64,000 nt of DNA. Origin: Rotaria socialis (taxonomy: Eukaryota). The notes below the pieces were generated by a model. It did not search any database. It was not told the origin of the DNA and worked only from the letters and a program-made list of their open reading frames with translations. This document shows positions 39,187 through 51,534 of the stretch, piece after piece. The position numbers were made by a program, and so were the translations under genes. Location of the stretch: contig CAJNYD010000224.1 of assembly GCA_905331295.1 (NCBI GenBank), positions 277,042 to 341,041 of the forward strand, read 5' to 3'. Every line of letters begins with the position of its first letter. Positions within the stretch are counted from its first letter, which is position 1.

Positions 39187-40359
39187 CAGAGCTCCGCGGA
39201 ACGCGGGAAGGGATGAGACAGGACGGGACGGAACTGGACCTGATCAATTACCTTATCTGTCCCGCCAAGATCATACAAGCAGAACCACCGGTGGTGCGTA
39301 AACTTACCCAGGTCGAACATTACGACGACCTGATACGATCGTAAACGGCCGTAAACGACCGTAAATGGCAACGTATACTACTGTTTTGTAACGTTTCCGA
39401 CCGTAAAGCGNTCCGACCGTATCCGATCGTTTCTGGCACGAGGCAAAACGACCGTAATACGGTGCATACCAAACGGTCGTAAATTATGGCTAAACGGCCG
39501 TGTACGACACAAGTTGATCGACCTGGGTAGCGGACAGGGCAAACAGGAGAGGTGAATCACGGTGGATCCTAGTATGTAGTAGCATCCTCAAGGCTTCATC
39601 TTTTGGCACTGATTGCAAATTATTGTAAACCTAATTAACTTTTGATGGATTAAAGTAAGTTCTGATAATTCTCCTTAGATTCTAATCAATCTATTTTACA
39701 ACTCATTAGCGTTCATTGGTACCTATAAGGGTCCTTCAACATCCAAAAAGATCCATCAGGATCTGCATTATTGTTTTTCATTAAAAATCAGTGCATGCCG
39801 CTAAACTATAACTGAGATGAATGTATTTCAGCGAGAGTTAATATATCTCAATTAATTTATGAGGAATCTAGTAGTTATTGATGAACTTTGGTATTGTCGA
39901 GCGACTCAGCTATAGGGCCCAACCGAATCCATGGGATCCACTAGGACCCAAAATTCGTTTCTCTCCCTTCATAGCTGGTTTTACTATGATGTAGTAGATC
40001 TTGAATTAATCGAACAAATCTTAATGATATATTTTATCTTAGATCAGTTACTCGAGAAACAGTACTTTCGCTTGTGTTTCTTATTACACTTTTCTTTATT
40101 TTTGTAACACCGATTTTCGTATGCCAATGCCATTGTGGTGGAAATTTTGTCCATATAAACGCTGTCGTGTAATATATGAATAGTAAAAAGAATGAGTTTC
40201 ATTGAACAAGAAACTACGAATTAGCTAGTATGTTTTAATTACAATTTTAGATAAAAAGAAAGGATCGTGTTTATACATTAAAATACTGCGAGACGGGGCA
40301 ATGAAGTGCGGGACGCAGGACGGGATGGGGCAACTTTTTGGTCGTCCCGCGGAGCTCTG
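39187..40359. mobile_element. Non-autonomous hAT-like element carrying a nested MITE
   Basis: 13-bp TIR CAGAGCTCCGCGG / CCGCGGAGCTCTG. Flanks GTTTCTAT / GTTTTTAC (8 bp, 6/8 match). GGGACG repeats near both ends. Confidence 0.7.
39307..39527. mobile_element. MITE, CCCAGGTCGA-ended family (copy 2), nested
   Basis: TA-CCCAGGTCGA...TCGACCTGGG-TA perfect 10-bp TIR with TA TSD. Homologous to 8403-8653. Confidence 0.85.
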
Positions 40360-40498
40360 GTTTTTACAGTAACCTGAAATTCAAATCATTTATTGCTGAC
40401 AACATTATATCGAAAGAATATAAGATTCTAAATTTTGGCATTAAATGTTTATAATTGAAAGCTTGTGTCTTTATTTTTAGTTGTCTGAAGAAAAATAA

Positions 40499-40975
40499 TT
40501 AACGCGATTCAATTTTGTTCATCATTTGTTTAACATTTTCAGCCATCTTTTCAAGCACCTGTTTCTTTGAGCTCAAATTGTATTGTATTTCCAATGCTAG
40601 TGGATTTGTAATGCTCAAATATACAGTTTCATTTTGTCTCCAACAGGAAGCTCTCAATGGAAGTTCGATCGACACCGACCCATTGGCGACCATTAACTGA
40701 GTACCAACTTTAGGATTTCCAAATAAAATTAATTCTGTATCATTCAACTGGCCAATGATACCAGCTTCTTCGGCTGCTTTTTTTTGATCAATGCGAACAA
40801 AGACAATTCCATTTTGTTCTTCTATATCTTTCTGAATAAGATTCATTGTGTCATTAACTGAATGAATACTTTTCACTGTAAATACGTTTTCAACAGTTGC
40901 TTGCATCGAAAATGAGATCAGTTGTAGAAACAAAAGAGTCTGCACTAAAAAAAACTGAAGTTGAATAGTTTTCAT
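40499..40975 (-). CDS. DUF302 domain protein with signal peptide (copy 1), intronless
   Basis: KSIHSV.DT, VFVRIDQKKAAEEAG, DTELILFGNPKVGTQLM and IELPLRASCW match the prokaryotic DUF302 pattern. Hydrophobic N-terminus. Confidence 0.88.
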   Translation of the reverse strand: MKTIQLQFFLVQTLLFLQLISFSMQATVENVFTVKSIHSVNDTMNLIQKDIEEQNGIVFVRIDQKKAAEEAGIIGQLNDTELILFGNPKVGTQLMVANGSVSIELPLRASCWRQNETVYLSITNPLALEIQYNLSSKKQVLEKMAENVKQMMNKIESR

Positions 40976-42540
40976 CGTCGCTACTCTGATGATATATGAA
41001 ATGTGAAAGAATAGGAAGATGAAGAAAACTTCGAGTTATACAGAATGGTAGTTGATGTATATGTGTGCACATAATATTACACGACCGAAATCAGATAAGG
41101 TTAGTCAATATTTGTCGACTAAATGTGACGTGTAGAAGAAGAAGAAGAAGAAGAAGAAGAAAATATTTTCTTATTGCCGCATGGCATTTACGTTGACCGA
41201 GGATATGTAAGACTTATAAAAAAAATATAAAACTGTTTCGCTGACAAATAAATAATATATCAGCGGCTAGAAAATTTCATCAAATTAACCACTAAAAACT
41301 CGTCAATACAGAAATAAATTACTATTCAGATTCAGTCGGTGGAAGTTGGTAAATTAATATTGGTACTCAATTATCGTAGGTAAAATATGAACAGCAGCTA
41401 TTAGCGATTAAATGTAGCTGTCTTCTATGTGTAGCAATATTAGATCACAGAGAAAATTTCAGATTCATATACGATGTCTAACTCAAGATAACTGCGATGC
41501 AGGTTTGAATTCATAAATATTTTGTAGGATAGAGCACCGACATTATACCACCCAGAAATTATCATGCTTATATATCGAACATTGATAAAATTTTTGCATG
41601 CAGTCCATGAGCTTCAACCTAATTTCATGTCATCTGACAACAAGAAAAGAAAGCGTTCAACTTGGTAGTAGAACTGTACATCTAGATGGTCCTTGAAAGT
41701 TACAGCTATAGACATTCTTTGAAAAGTTTTGAAGCATTACATTGAGAATTTTGGCAACAAAACGGTTGTCAAAGTTTCTTATTCGAATCGAACTATGTGA
41801 GAATGAAGAATTCATGATAACATGAAGTCATATCAACAGGTAATGTTTAAGTTGAAAAAATAGTTCAAGTCTTATCGTATTGGATAGAGGCAACAAAAAT
41901 ATTTACTGAAAATATTCTCTTCTTCTTCTACACGTCATGTTCGTGCACATATACTTAGTCGACAAATATTGACTAACCTTATCTGATTTCGGTCGTGTAA
42001 TATTATGTGCACACATATACATCAGCTACCATTCTGTATAACTCGAAGTTTTCTTCATCTTCCTATTCTTTCACATTTCATATATCATCAGAGTAGCGAC
42101 GATGAAAACTATTCAACTTCAGTTTGTTTTGGTGCAGACTCTTTTGTTTCTACAACTGATCTCATTTTCGATGCAAGCAACTGTTGAAAACGTATTTACA
42201 GTGAAAAGTATTCATTCAGTTAAAGACACAATGGATCTTATTGAGAAAGATATAGAAGAACAAAATGGAATTGTCTTTGTTCGCATTGATCAAAAAAAAG
42301 CAGCCGAAGAAGCTGGTGTCATTGGCCAGTTGGATGATACAGAATTCATTTTATTTGGAAATCCTAAAGTTGGTACTCAGTTAATGGTCGCCAATGGGTC
42401 GGTGTCGATCGAACTTCCATTGAGAGCTTCCTGTTGGAGACAAAATGAAACTGTATATTTGAGTTTTAGAAATCCACTAGCGTTGGAAATACAGTACAAT
42501 CTAAGTTCAAAGAAAGATGTACTTCAAAAGATGACTGACA
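40540..42540. repeat. Inverted duplication: arms about 40540-41170 and 41910-42540, spacer about 740 bp
   Basis: Coding and upstream sequence are reverse complements, e.g. CGACCGAAATCAGATAAGGTTAGTCAATATTTGTCGACTAA, and (GAA)n vs (TTC)n tracts. Confidence 0.92.
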
Positions 42541-42623
42541 ACATCATACAAATGATGAAAAAAGTAAGTGTACATTTAGTTTATCTTTTGGCGACGAAAA
42601 GAAGTTTTCAAGGTTCAGTTTAG
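42102..42623 (+). CDS. DUF302 domain protein with signal peptide (copy 2)
   Basis: About 90% identical to copy 1 over the first ~153 aa. The 3' end is uncertain: GTAAGT at about 42564 may be a splice donor. Confidence 0.85.
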   Translation: MKTIQLQFVLVQTLLFLQLISFSMQATVENVFTVKSIHSVKDTMDLIEKDIEEQNGIVFVRIDQKKAAEEAGVIGQLDDTEFILFGNPKVGTQLMVANGSVSIELPLRASCWRQNETVYLSFRNPLALEIQYNLSSKKDVLQKMTDNIIQMMKKVSVHLVYLLATKRSFQGSV

Positions 42624-45600
42624 CCTTAAATAATTTTGAAAGTGATCTGTTTTGTCACTTGATTTTGTCTATCTGTTTTATTATACTAATTTAAAAGAAA
42701 TAGTTGAGACCGAGCAAAAATAGGTGGCTTCCCTGCATTTTACACAGACGATGGTATATCAAGATCAAAAATAAATCGTTTAGCTTCAATTTTTAAGTCA
42801 ATCAGTTTTCTAGTAGCGTTGTTCCTTATTTCTAGTTCGTCATAGAACTCTTCAAAGAGCAAACGCATCAATACGTAGAAACCTAGAAAACAAATCTCTT
42901 TCACTGATCTATCTTAACAGATAGTCATGATTCAGTTATCTGATAAATATCGGAAAATCGTACCGTTTCGACCGCTCCCTTGACAGTACAGCATTTATAT
43001 CACTACAGACTATTGATAATGTCCACAATAGATGAATAAATCACTGAACAGCCAATGGCAGAAGATGGTGGAATTCTCTAAACTACGTCAATTATTGAAT
43101 AACCACCCTCAAGATGGATACCTTAGCTCTTAATTTAGCATACAGCTCATATGATGCAGAAAATTGAAATGATGTTGGTCTATTGATGATAGTACTTATG
43201 TAGTGCAAATAGTTAATTTTTTTTCAGTTTTGAGTTTTCTCGGAAATCAAATTTGATACGAAGTCTAGAAAATACATTTCAGTGGGATGCACTTTTATCA
43301 AACTTATTCGCTCTTAATTTTACTTTGGATTCGAAAAATAGTAACCAAAAGCAGCTGTCTGATATTAATTAAAATTAATCATAAAAAAAACTTAGATAAA
43401 GTGTCATAATTTGTAACTAAGAAATATAAAGTCAATGTATATTAAGGTTACATAAGATAAACAAAAACAATTTGTAATCTTTCTGTGCATATACAAAAGT
43501 CATTAAATAATGTCCCATAAACCTGTTGTAGTGTAGCGTTGTATACAATGATTAACTGTAGAGAATCCGAAAGAAAAACTTTTTTTTTAAATCCCGACGT
43601 CTCCAAGAAATGAAGATCGACTATAATAACTTATTATGTCTCGGAGTTTACCTGATTCTTCAATGAACTTGGCACTGTAACTATTGATAATAGTGATAGA
43701 TAATGTTTGATCAAAATGAACTAAAATAGATTTGAAAATAGTATTCGACAATCTAAAGCCGATCATAATGATTGCAGTTTACTCATCGTCATCTGATGAC
43801 AATTATCCACCAACATCAGTTCGTTCATTTATTCATTTGGAAGAGAAACAATCTCTGTTGAATTGTATGAATCTATGTGTTTTCAAGCAAAGCAAACCTA
43901 AAGCAACTATTGAATACATAGCTACATGTGTTGAATGTTCCGCAAACAATTTATACAAATACCTTCAACATTAAGATAGTGCATGTGAGAGATATTATGA
44001 TAATTTCATTATTGTAATCGAATATTTAAATGGCTTTTCATTCATAGTAACTAAACAAAAAATATGACATTTAATAGCAGTTTTTTTTTATAACTCGAAC
44101 TTTTCTATTTTCTATGCTAGGATGCCATCAGAATGGCAAAATAATAAAGTATATTCCGATTAAGCTAGGAGAATCAAAAAAAGTGCCAAAACTATAAGCC
44201 AAAAGTTATACTAAACGGATCATTGTAATAAAAGTTTATTGAACTAAAATCTTTCGCGTAGAATGTTAGTTATCATGGTTCTGTGTAATGCAGGCAAGCA
44301 AACAAATAATAAAACCATGACGCTACTTATGTACTCTAGTAAATAAAAAAAAACATCATTCTAACCCGTTATATAGGCTGCCTATTAAATAAATTATTAA
44401 GGTATCGGGTCTTACTAGTCACTGCCAATTGATTTAACTAAAGATGTAGCTATGCTGAATGCTGTACTTGATCTTTCAGTGGGATTCAAGAAGTCAGAAA
44501 TGGGAATTTCTAGTCTGATGAAGAATTGCTAGCATTATCGTGATAATTCTTCGGAGAAATCAGAATCAACCATTAATTCACTCGTACATTTGAGTTTGCG
44601 TGATGTGCTTTTCCCGAAATATATTATTAGTACCGACACGTTCATGTTCACAATTTTCTTGATGGAAACAAGTGCGAAAGTGAAAGATACCATGGATATT
44701 ATAACTGTTTAATTTTAGCATTTAGAAAACTGCAGAGTAACGGAGGAAAAATCCACACTCCTGATATAATTTTTTTTCCTTCTTGTTAGATCAGCCGAAA
44801 GTCCATAATTATTGAGGCAATGATTTTGATAACACTAGATCCGCAAATATTCGTTAAAACGTTATTAGAAATTCTGATATTCATATGCAGTAAGAATTTC
44901 GTACGATTTTCCCTATGATATTTCGCATAGCAAAATTAAAGCCTAGCATTGAAAAATAATCTCTGGATGATTATTAACAGTAGGCAATAAACCTCTCCAA
45001 TGAACTTAGCTATATAATTAATCTTCACCAACGCTAAGAAAAATTTGATGAATTAGTAGCTGATGAATGATATATTTTCTCACTAAAAATATGACTTCAT
45101 ACGTCCTCTGAAATAGTTCTGAGACTGGTGTGAACATAACTGATTACAGATGATGGGTTATATAGATCATTTTTTGAGTTCGAACACTATTCTTCAGTAG
45201 ATGCGAGCAAACTAACGATAAATATCTGCACGGGCTTCTCTGCTGATTTTTAAATTTTAATGAAATTATGGCACTAGACAAAGTATGTATCAGTAAGTAA
45301 AGTAACAGCTTTTGGTCCAAAATTTAGTTCATATCTTCATCTACTTATGAGTAGAATGTCGGGTAATTCTCAACTACTAGGAAGAATGTTTTCTTTACAA
45401 GATATTTGTCTTCCCAAATAAAAAAGAAAATCAACATCCGTCTTGAAGTATTGGTAATCTTGAGGTTTTCGGTTTCACTTTCGTGCAGTACAGTCAAAAA
45501 CCTCATTGACACAGCTCCATTTGTTGGGACTAAAATGTTACTCTCATGAAAAAAGCTGTTAGCACAATCCCTCTGGGATTAAAAGTGTGAAACACGACAT

Positions 45601-46815
45601 AATCGCTGCAGGATGTCACATGGAGATGGTGTATTCAAGGGAGTTCTTTGTTGATTTCTTGAGACAGCTCGTTAGCCGCTACCAGTGATGAGCTGCTCTA
45701 GGCTGGAACAGCATCTCTGATAGACTATGTTAGGTCTGAAGATTGTCTGTCGTGCTGTGTGATGGTCTCTGAAGATCTTGTGTAACAGTCTGTGATGGGC
45801 ACACAATTAATATTGTACTAATTAGTCAACTAATTAAAGCGTATGCGCGATCTGTAGTCATTTCTGAAGACCGCCTGTCACGATCTGTAATGGTCAATTG
45901 AGTAATTGAGGCGTCGGTCAGGGTTTCCAATGGTCTCTTAAACTGTCTCTCACGGCCTGTGATCGTTAAATACACTCCAACATTCCTTTCAGGTCCTGTT
46001 TCACAAAATAGCTAAGATGAAATGCATTTCGTTATAATATAACGTCTTGTAAACATAGACCGATTGCCAAGATCTATAATGGAAGTTCCACCTGTTTGTT
46101 AATATATCTAATATGTAGACGTTCCTTTTTCTCGTATAGTATGTGATGAAACAAAGAGAGAAACACCAGCCCTATTATCATTGTCCCTAAATATTAGAAA
46201 GAGAAACTGATCAATGTCTGTAAAGGAGAGGTAAGAGTCATTAAAGGCTTCTCCTTAAAATTTACACTCATCATTTTCTTCGGAAATATACGCAAATTTA
46301 ACAACAAGCTTATAATAAGATTTTCAAGATTTTATTAAAAATAAATCGACATAATATTCTTACAGTTATTTCTTGGTCGAATGCATGAATTCATTTCATT
46401 ACAGAAAGAACCAACACTGCCTGAAAACAAATCTTTTTCTATATGCATGTATTTTGTTTATTTTAGTATGAGGTAATTTCAAACGGTGGTAGTATGCTGG
46501 TATTACACATTCATATAGGTATATTTGGCATATTATTGCTGCATGCTTTAATTCGTTGCAATTAACAAAACCACGATGACTTTCAGGCTGTCCTGTTTGA
46601 TTGACAGCCCTAATTGGCACGTCAATCTATCGTATACATTTTAAAATAAGTTGATATGAGTAATCGTTGAAATTTTATGAAATACGGTGTGAATAAAGCT
46701 AGACAGGGATGATGAAAATGAAAACAATCAATATAGAGCTATATTTTAATTATTTTTGAATTTCAAAGTTACATTCAAACAACAAAACCCAATACAATAG
46801 GTGTTCAACGAGTAT

Positions 46816-46840
46816 TGTGTGTGTGTGTGTGTGTGTGTGT
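46816..46840. repeat. (TG)n microsatellite
   Basis: About 12 TG units. Confidence 0.9.
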
Positions 46841-48350
46841 TATTCACAGACTTATCCTTCTCATTTTCTTCATCTGCACCCATATCGACACTCAGATTCA
46901 CGTGCACACCCATAATGGTTCTCTTAGTAGCTTGCGCGGCTCATTTATGAAGAAGTGTAGTGATGAATCAGATTTTTTTGTTGTCGTCGCGATTAGAAAT
47001 GCACTTCCAATAAAACATAAATCATCTGCAAAAAACAAAAGCCAAAATTGACTAATACAACTTTCATTTTCTCCGAAATACTTTAGTAAATAACTAAAAG
47101 ATGACGCACTTGACTGGATGCTCTAATATGCCTTTCTTTTACATAAAATTCATAGATATTTCCATGCTGATTGACGAACACAAACTTTCATTAAGTCATT
47201 AGTTGAAAACATGATCAAATTGCTATTATCGTATTTTCAGAACTATTTCTGGGGGAAAGCATGTTTCAATTTTGATAGAATACATCGATTTCCCCTATTG
47301 CATTCAGAACAAGCTAGTAATAACATAATTGAAATATGGTTAGAAAACAAAATGATGAAAATATCTTTTGAACAGCAAAAATGAAAACAAAATGTTGACT
47401 TGTTAAATTAAAAGAGTATCATCATTTTCTAATTGATTCACGCTATAAAATTTCAGTTTTACGGAGTCAACCACAAACAATCATCCTTGTATAGAAAATG
47501 ACTCAAACCACATGTTTTCCAAAATTCGCCTGATATTATTTGCGTTATTTATTCAAGTTTTCATCATCATGAATAATATATGATAGAATCAGTATTTGTT
47601 GTGTCGGATACCATTTTTTTCTAAGGTATTGTCTCATTACGACTATTGAATGCGATGATGTGAATGCCAAAAAATATTTTTTAATGGAATCCAGTATTTA
47701 GTATTTCATAGATTCACTTCGATATTGGCAATATGTATTAAGTTGAAATACTACTATAGACGGACTCGAAATGATTCAATAAGAGAGAAACTAAAACTTT
47801 ACTATGCATGTAAACTAGTAAAAATGTTGTGTTAACAATTGGTATTGATCAAGTTTCAATTGAAAATCATTTGGTGATAGACTATTTGTTCTCACAGGCA
47901 TGAACGAGGAGAAAAATATGACTACAATCTAAATAAATCTTATTGCAATGTCAAAATCATGATTGATCTAAACTCTGGTCTCCCTCTAGAACAGATACTA
48001 AGACCTACATAAACAGTGGCCAATGAAAATCGATTAAATAAAAATCTGGATGCGAAATCCTTCAATTACATTGCTCTTTTTGTTTTCAGCAAATATATTT
48101 CTCGTATGTTTCTGAGAATACATCCTATTCCGCGATGTTGAACATTGCAAACCCAACTCAACATAATTCCTGCAATTCTTAGGAATCCAGTGATCAATGT
48201 GCTATTGCTGCTTCTTACTCCTAGCTGTTGGATGCAATTCCAGAATGGAATTTCGTCTAGTTCCGGAATTGAGTTATCATCCTCTTCTTGTCATTCGTTA
48301 CGTGTAGCTGTGGAATAGTAGAGAACAAGCCTAGTCATGTTCACATCGGC

Positions 48351-48461
48351 ACTGACACTCACACCCACACTCATACTCACACCCACACCCAAACCCACAC
48401 CCACACACAAACCCACACCCACACCAANCACCCACACCCAAACCCACACCCAAACCCACAC
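48351..48461. repeat. Imperfect hexamer microsatellite (CACACC/CAAACC)n
   Basis: Direct reading; contains one N. Confidence 0.9.
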
Positions 48462-51400
48462 CTTCTCGTTCGTAGGTTCGACGTACACTTGATAAGACCA
48501 ATATTTGTCTATCGTCGAACTATGAATTATTATCTTCTCTCATTAATCATCAGTTGTGTTTATATTCTTTTCGAAAGACTGCTATCATTAATCTTGAACT
48601 GCGTAATAACTGTCACACTTTTTCTCAAAGTTTTTAATATTCTTATCATCAGGTTGCTGACGTAGTTTCAACCTATGCCAAAAGGTGACACGAAATGTTA
48701 TATTTGATTATTGAGAAAACGAACTCATACTTTTCACTATCTACGTAAGGGAATATACGTATATCGAGAGATGATTACGACATGCATATTACTATTAAGG
48801 CAATAGCGTTCTTTTTCGGGGCGAGAAACCTTTCAGAATTTTGCGAATATCCTCTTTCAACGAACAATTTGAACTTATATATATCAATTTTTAAAGTTAC
48901 TAAAACGTCACATAAAAATAATGTAGTAAATGAAGTAAGGGGTGCACTTTTATAAAGTCAATTTCTATGCGCTAGCTGTCACATTCTTATTTTTGATCAC
49001 AATGCATTTGATGAAGAATGAGTTTAACACGATAAATTGATTCGAAGATTATTCAGTATGTTTCTAAAAAAATTAGAGTTAAAACAAAGATAGTCGCCAT
49101 TCCTGTGATCCCTTTACGGTGTACCATCTACTAAATAGAATCAATACTAAGGCATAATGGATGAATGAAAATTCTATAACAATTTAATGTGCTCCTCGAA
49201 TTTTGAACGGTCTAATGAATCCCTAAGTGTCGATATTTTTATATATAAAGACGGAACGAATAATTTTGAAGAATGATGGATACTAATCCACAGATTCGTT
49301 GCAATAATTATTATATCAACATGAAAGGTGTGGAAATGGTTCAATGTCATTATCGCATTCCACAGTATATCACTGGCAAAAACAAAAAGAAAAGCCTCTG
49401 TATCAAATAGAGACATGAATAAAAGAGATAGATTCTGTAGCGATGAATCTATTTTGGAAAACAAGCACATTATGGCAGACATTCTTCACTTTGCGTGTTT
49501 TCTATCTCCATAATGAGCCATATAAAAAACATTTGAGAATTCAAAATTTCAGTCTCAAAATCCTTGCACTGACAATTATTTCTTTCAATTTATTCTTTCC
49601 TCGTATACAATCGTCGAAACGGATGTCTGGAGAGAGAATAGAAAGAAACTACTGAATCTCTATTTTTATAATTTTCTGAATTATGATCTGATTGATGCGC
49701 CATTGATTTTCTTTATTTATGAACCAATTGATTTCTTTTTCAAGATAGAATCATTTTATATTGCGTAATTGTTTCAAATATTACTTTCAGTTGATCGGCT
49801 ATTTTTTATTTCTTGCCATGTGTGCAGTTAATTACTAGTTTAAGAGCATGATTTTAATGAATAGAGTTATTGATTTCCATTTTATTTCGCTGATATCTTT
49901 AAAACTGAGAGTCATTTTTATTGTATAAAATATTTGATGCTTATTTTTATTTGTCAAAGAATTATATTTTCATTACTCTGATCATTGAAAATGAATCATA
50001 ATGGATCGAAATTTAGCGATCAGTGCTTCCCAAATAGATTCGCCATTTCAATTACTAGTAAATTCAGGTTGACTTTGAAAACGCAGCAAAAAGGTGACAG
50101 TACAACTAAATAGGGCTCGATTTTTCCAGAGGATAATCGAATAAATTACCAAAAACCAATGAGTTTTGCTTTTGGATGGTTAGCTTTTAATGAGTATAGA
50201 AGAAAAGCTGAAAAAAGACTTCCGTAAATAATTTTGTAGAGCTGATCTATGGTTACGTTCTGACACTGACTATAGTTTCTTAGCGTTTAAAAGGGCGTCG
50301 GTTATACGGATACATTAAAATGTAGTGTTTTTTTTTGAAAGAAAAACACAACGTAAGTTTTATCATCGTAATTCGAGATGTTTCCTTCATCAACTGGTAC
50401 GAAAAGAATTTGAAAAATGTTTTCACGAATTATCATCTGAAACGAGTCACAGGAACGTACATCGAGATGTATATGCGAACTATTTTTGGTTGTTACCTGA
50501 ACATTTTGTCATCACGAGTTTTAATATAATTAAAACATATTTAGTAAATGGAGCACAAACGAGAAAGTATAGTTAATAGTATTTTCTGCTTTAAAAAGCA
50601 AGCAAGTAAAAATTGACTCATAGGATATTTTAAATTGACATAGTTATAGTGAAAAATCTTTCACTGGTTGTTCTATCTATCTAGAATTAGTTTTGAATTA
50701 TAGAACTTGGAAATTTCATTGAAAAAATGGATTTTTTTAAAAGAATACTTCTTTTCGTAGGTGACTTTATCAAACGTCTGGCATATCCTTAGATAATAAC
50801 ACAAAACCGATATATTACAGAACATGCTAAAATAATATTTCTCTTTATCTAGCAAGCTATAAATCACAAAATCTATAACTTTGACTATAATTCATTCTTT
50901 TTCAACAGAGAGAGAGGAGGCTTAACTACGTATCAATACTTGGCGATTGTGGCTACTTCCTTTGCATACACTCATTGAAATCATTAATAATATTTGACTA
51001 GGCAAAAGTCTTTTGATTTCGGATGAAAAAAACAAAATTTCGCGGTCAATATTGACAACTTGTATGCAAGTCATCAGTACTACTTTGAAATAGATCTACT
51101 ACACAAGCTAGGATTTAGGCTGACGAATAATCGTAAATCGATGATTATCTTGATCAAATACAAATTTTTACTCGTTATAATAAAATGTTGAATTGTATCT
51201 CTCAGACTGTTGGATTTCGCCTTTTACAATCATTTTAATATTTGTCGTTGATAAAGTTTAGAGGGTGTGCTACCGGTAAGAAATAATAATAAATAAAAGA
51301 GACGATGAGAATTTAAAAAAAAATGAAAAGGTGCGTGCTGGTGTTCGAATTAATTGTTTGACTTCTCTCACGTTTGTAGATTTTCTTTGCGGACTGCTAT

Positions 51401-51534
51401 CGTGGAATTTCATTGAAATGTGAGTCACCTGGAGACAAGACGATAAAATATTTATTGATTTATTTATTTACATCTAGTGACGACATAAATATTCGATTTG
51501 CATGTTTCATTCTTGCATTTCTTACTATTGTATA

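Noticed and set aside
40890..42187. Two near-identical 60-aa ORFs (MCTHIHQLPF...)
   Set aside because: Out-of-frame overlaps of the DUF302 starts. Their identity is explained by the inverted duplication.
45690..45970. Degenerate ~30-bp repeats (TGTGATGGTCTCTGAAGA-like)
   Set aside because: Too degenerate to define a unit or boundaries, and not an open frame.
48288..48665. ORFs with TH/HP/VG repeats
   Set aside because: Translation of a hexamer microsatellite.
43700..50100. Scattered decayed coding-like fragments (about 43730-43970, 44400-45000, 49170-50100; similar ones near 33050-33320 and 53800-54300)
   Set aside because: Multiple stops and frameshifts and no motif I can name with confidence. 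A tBLASTx against TE libraries would be needed.
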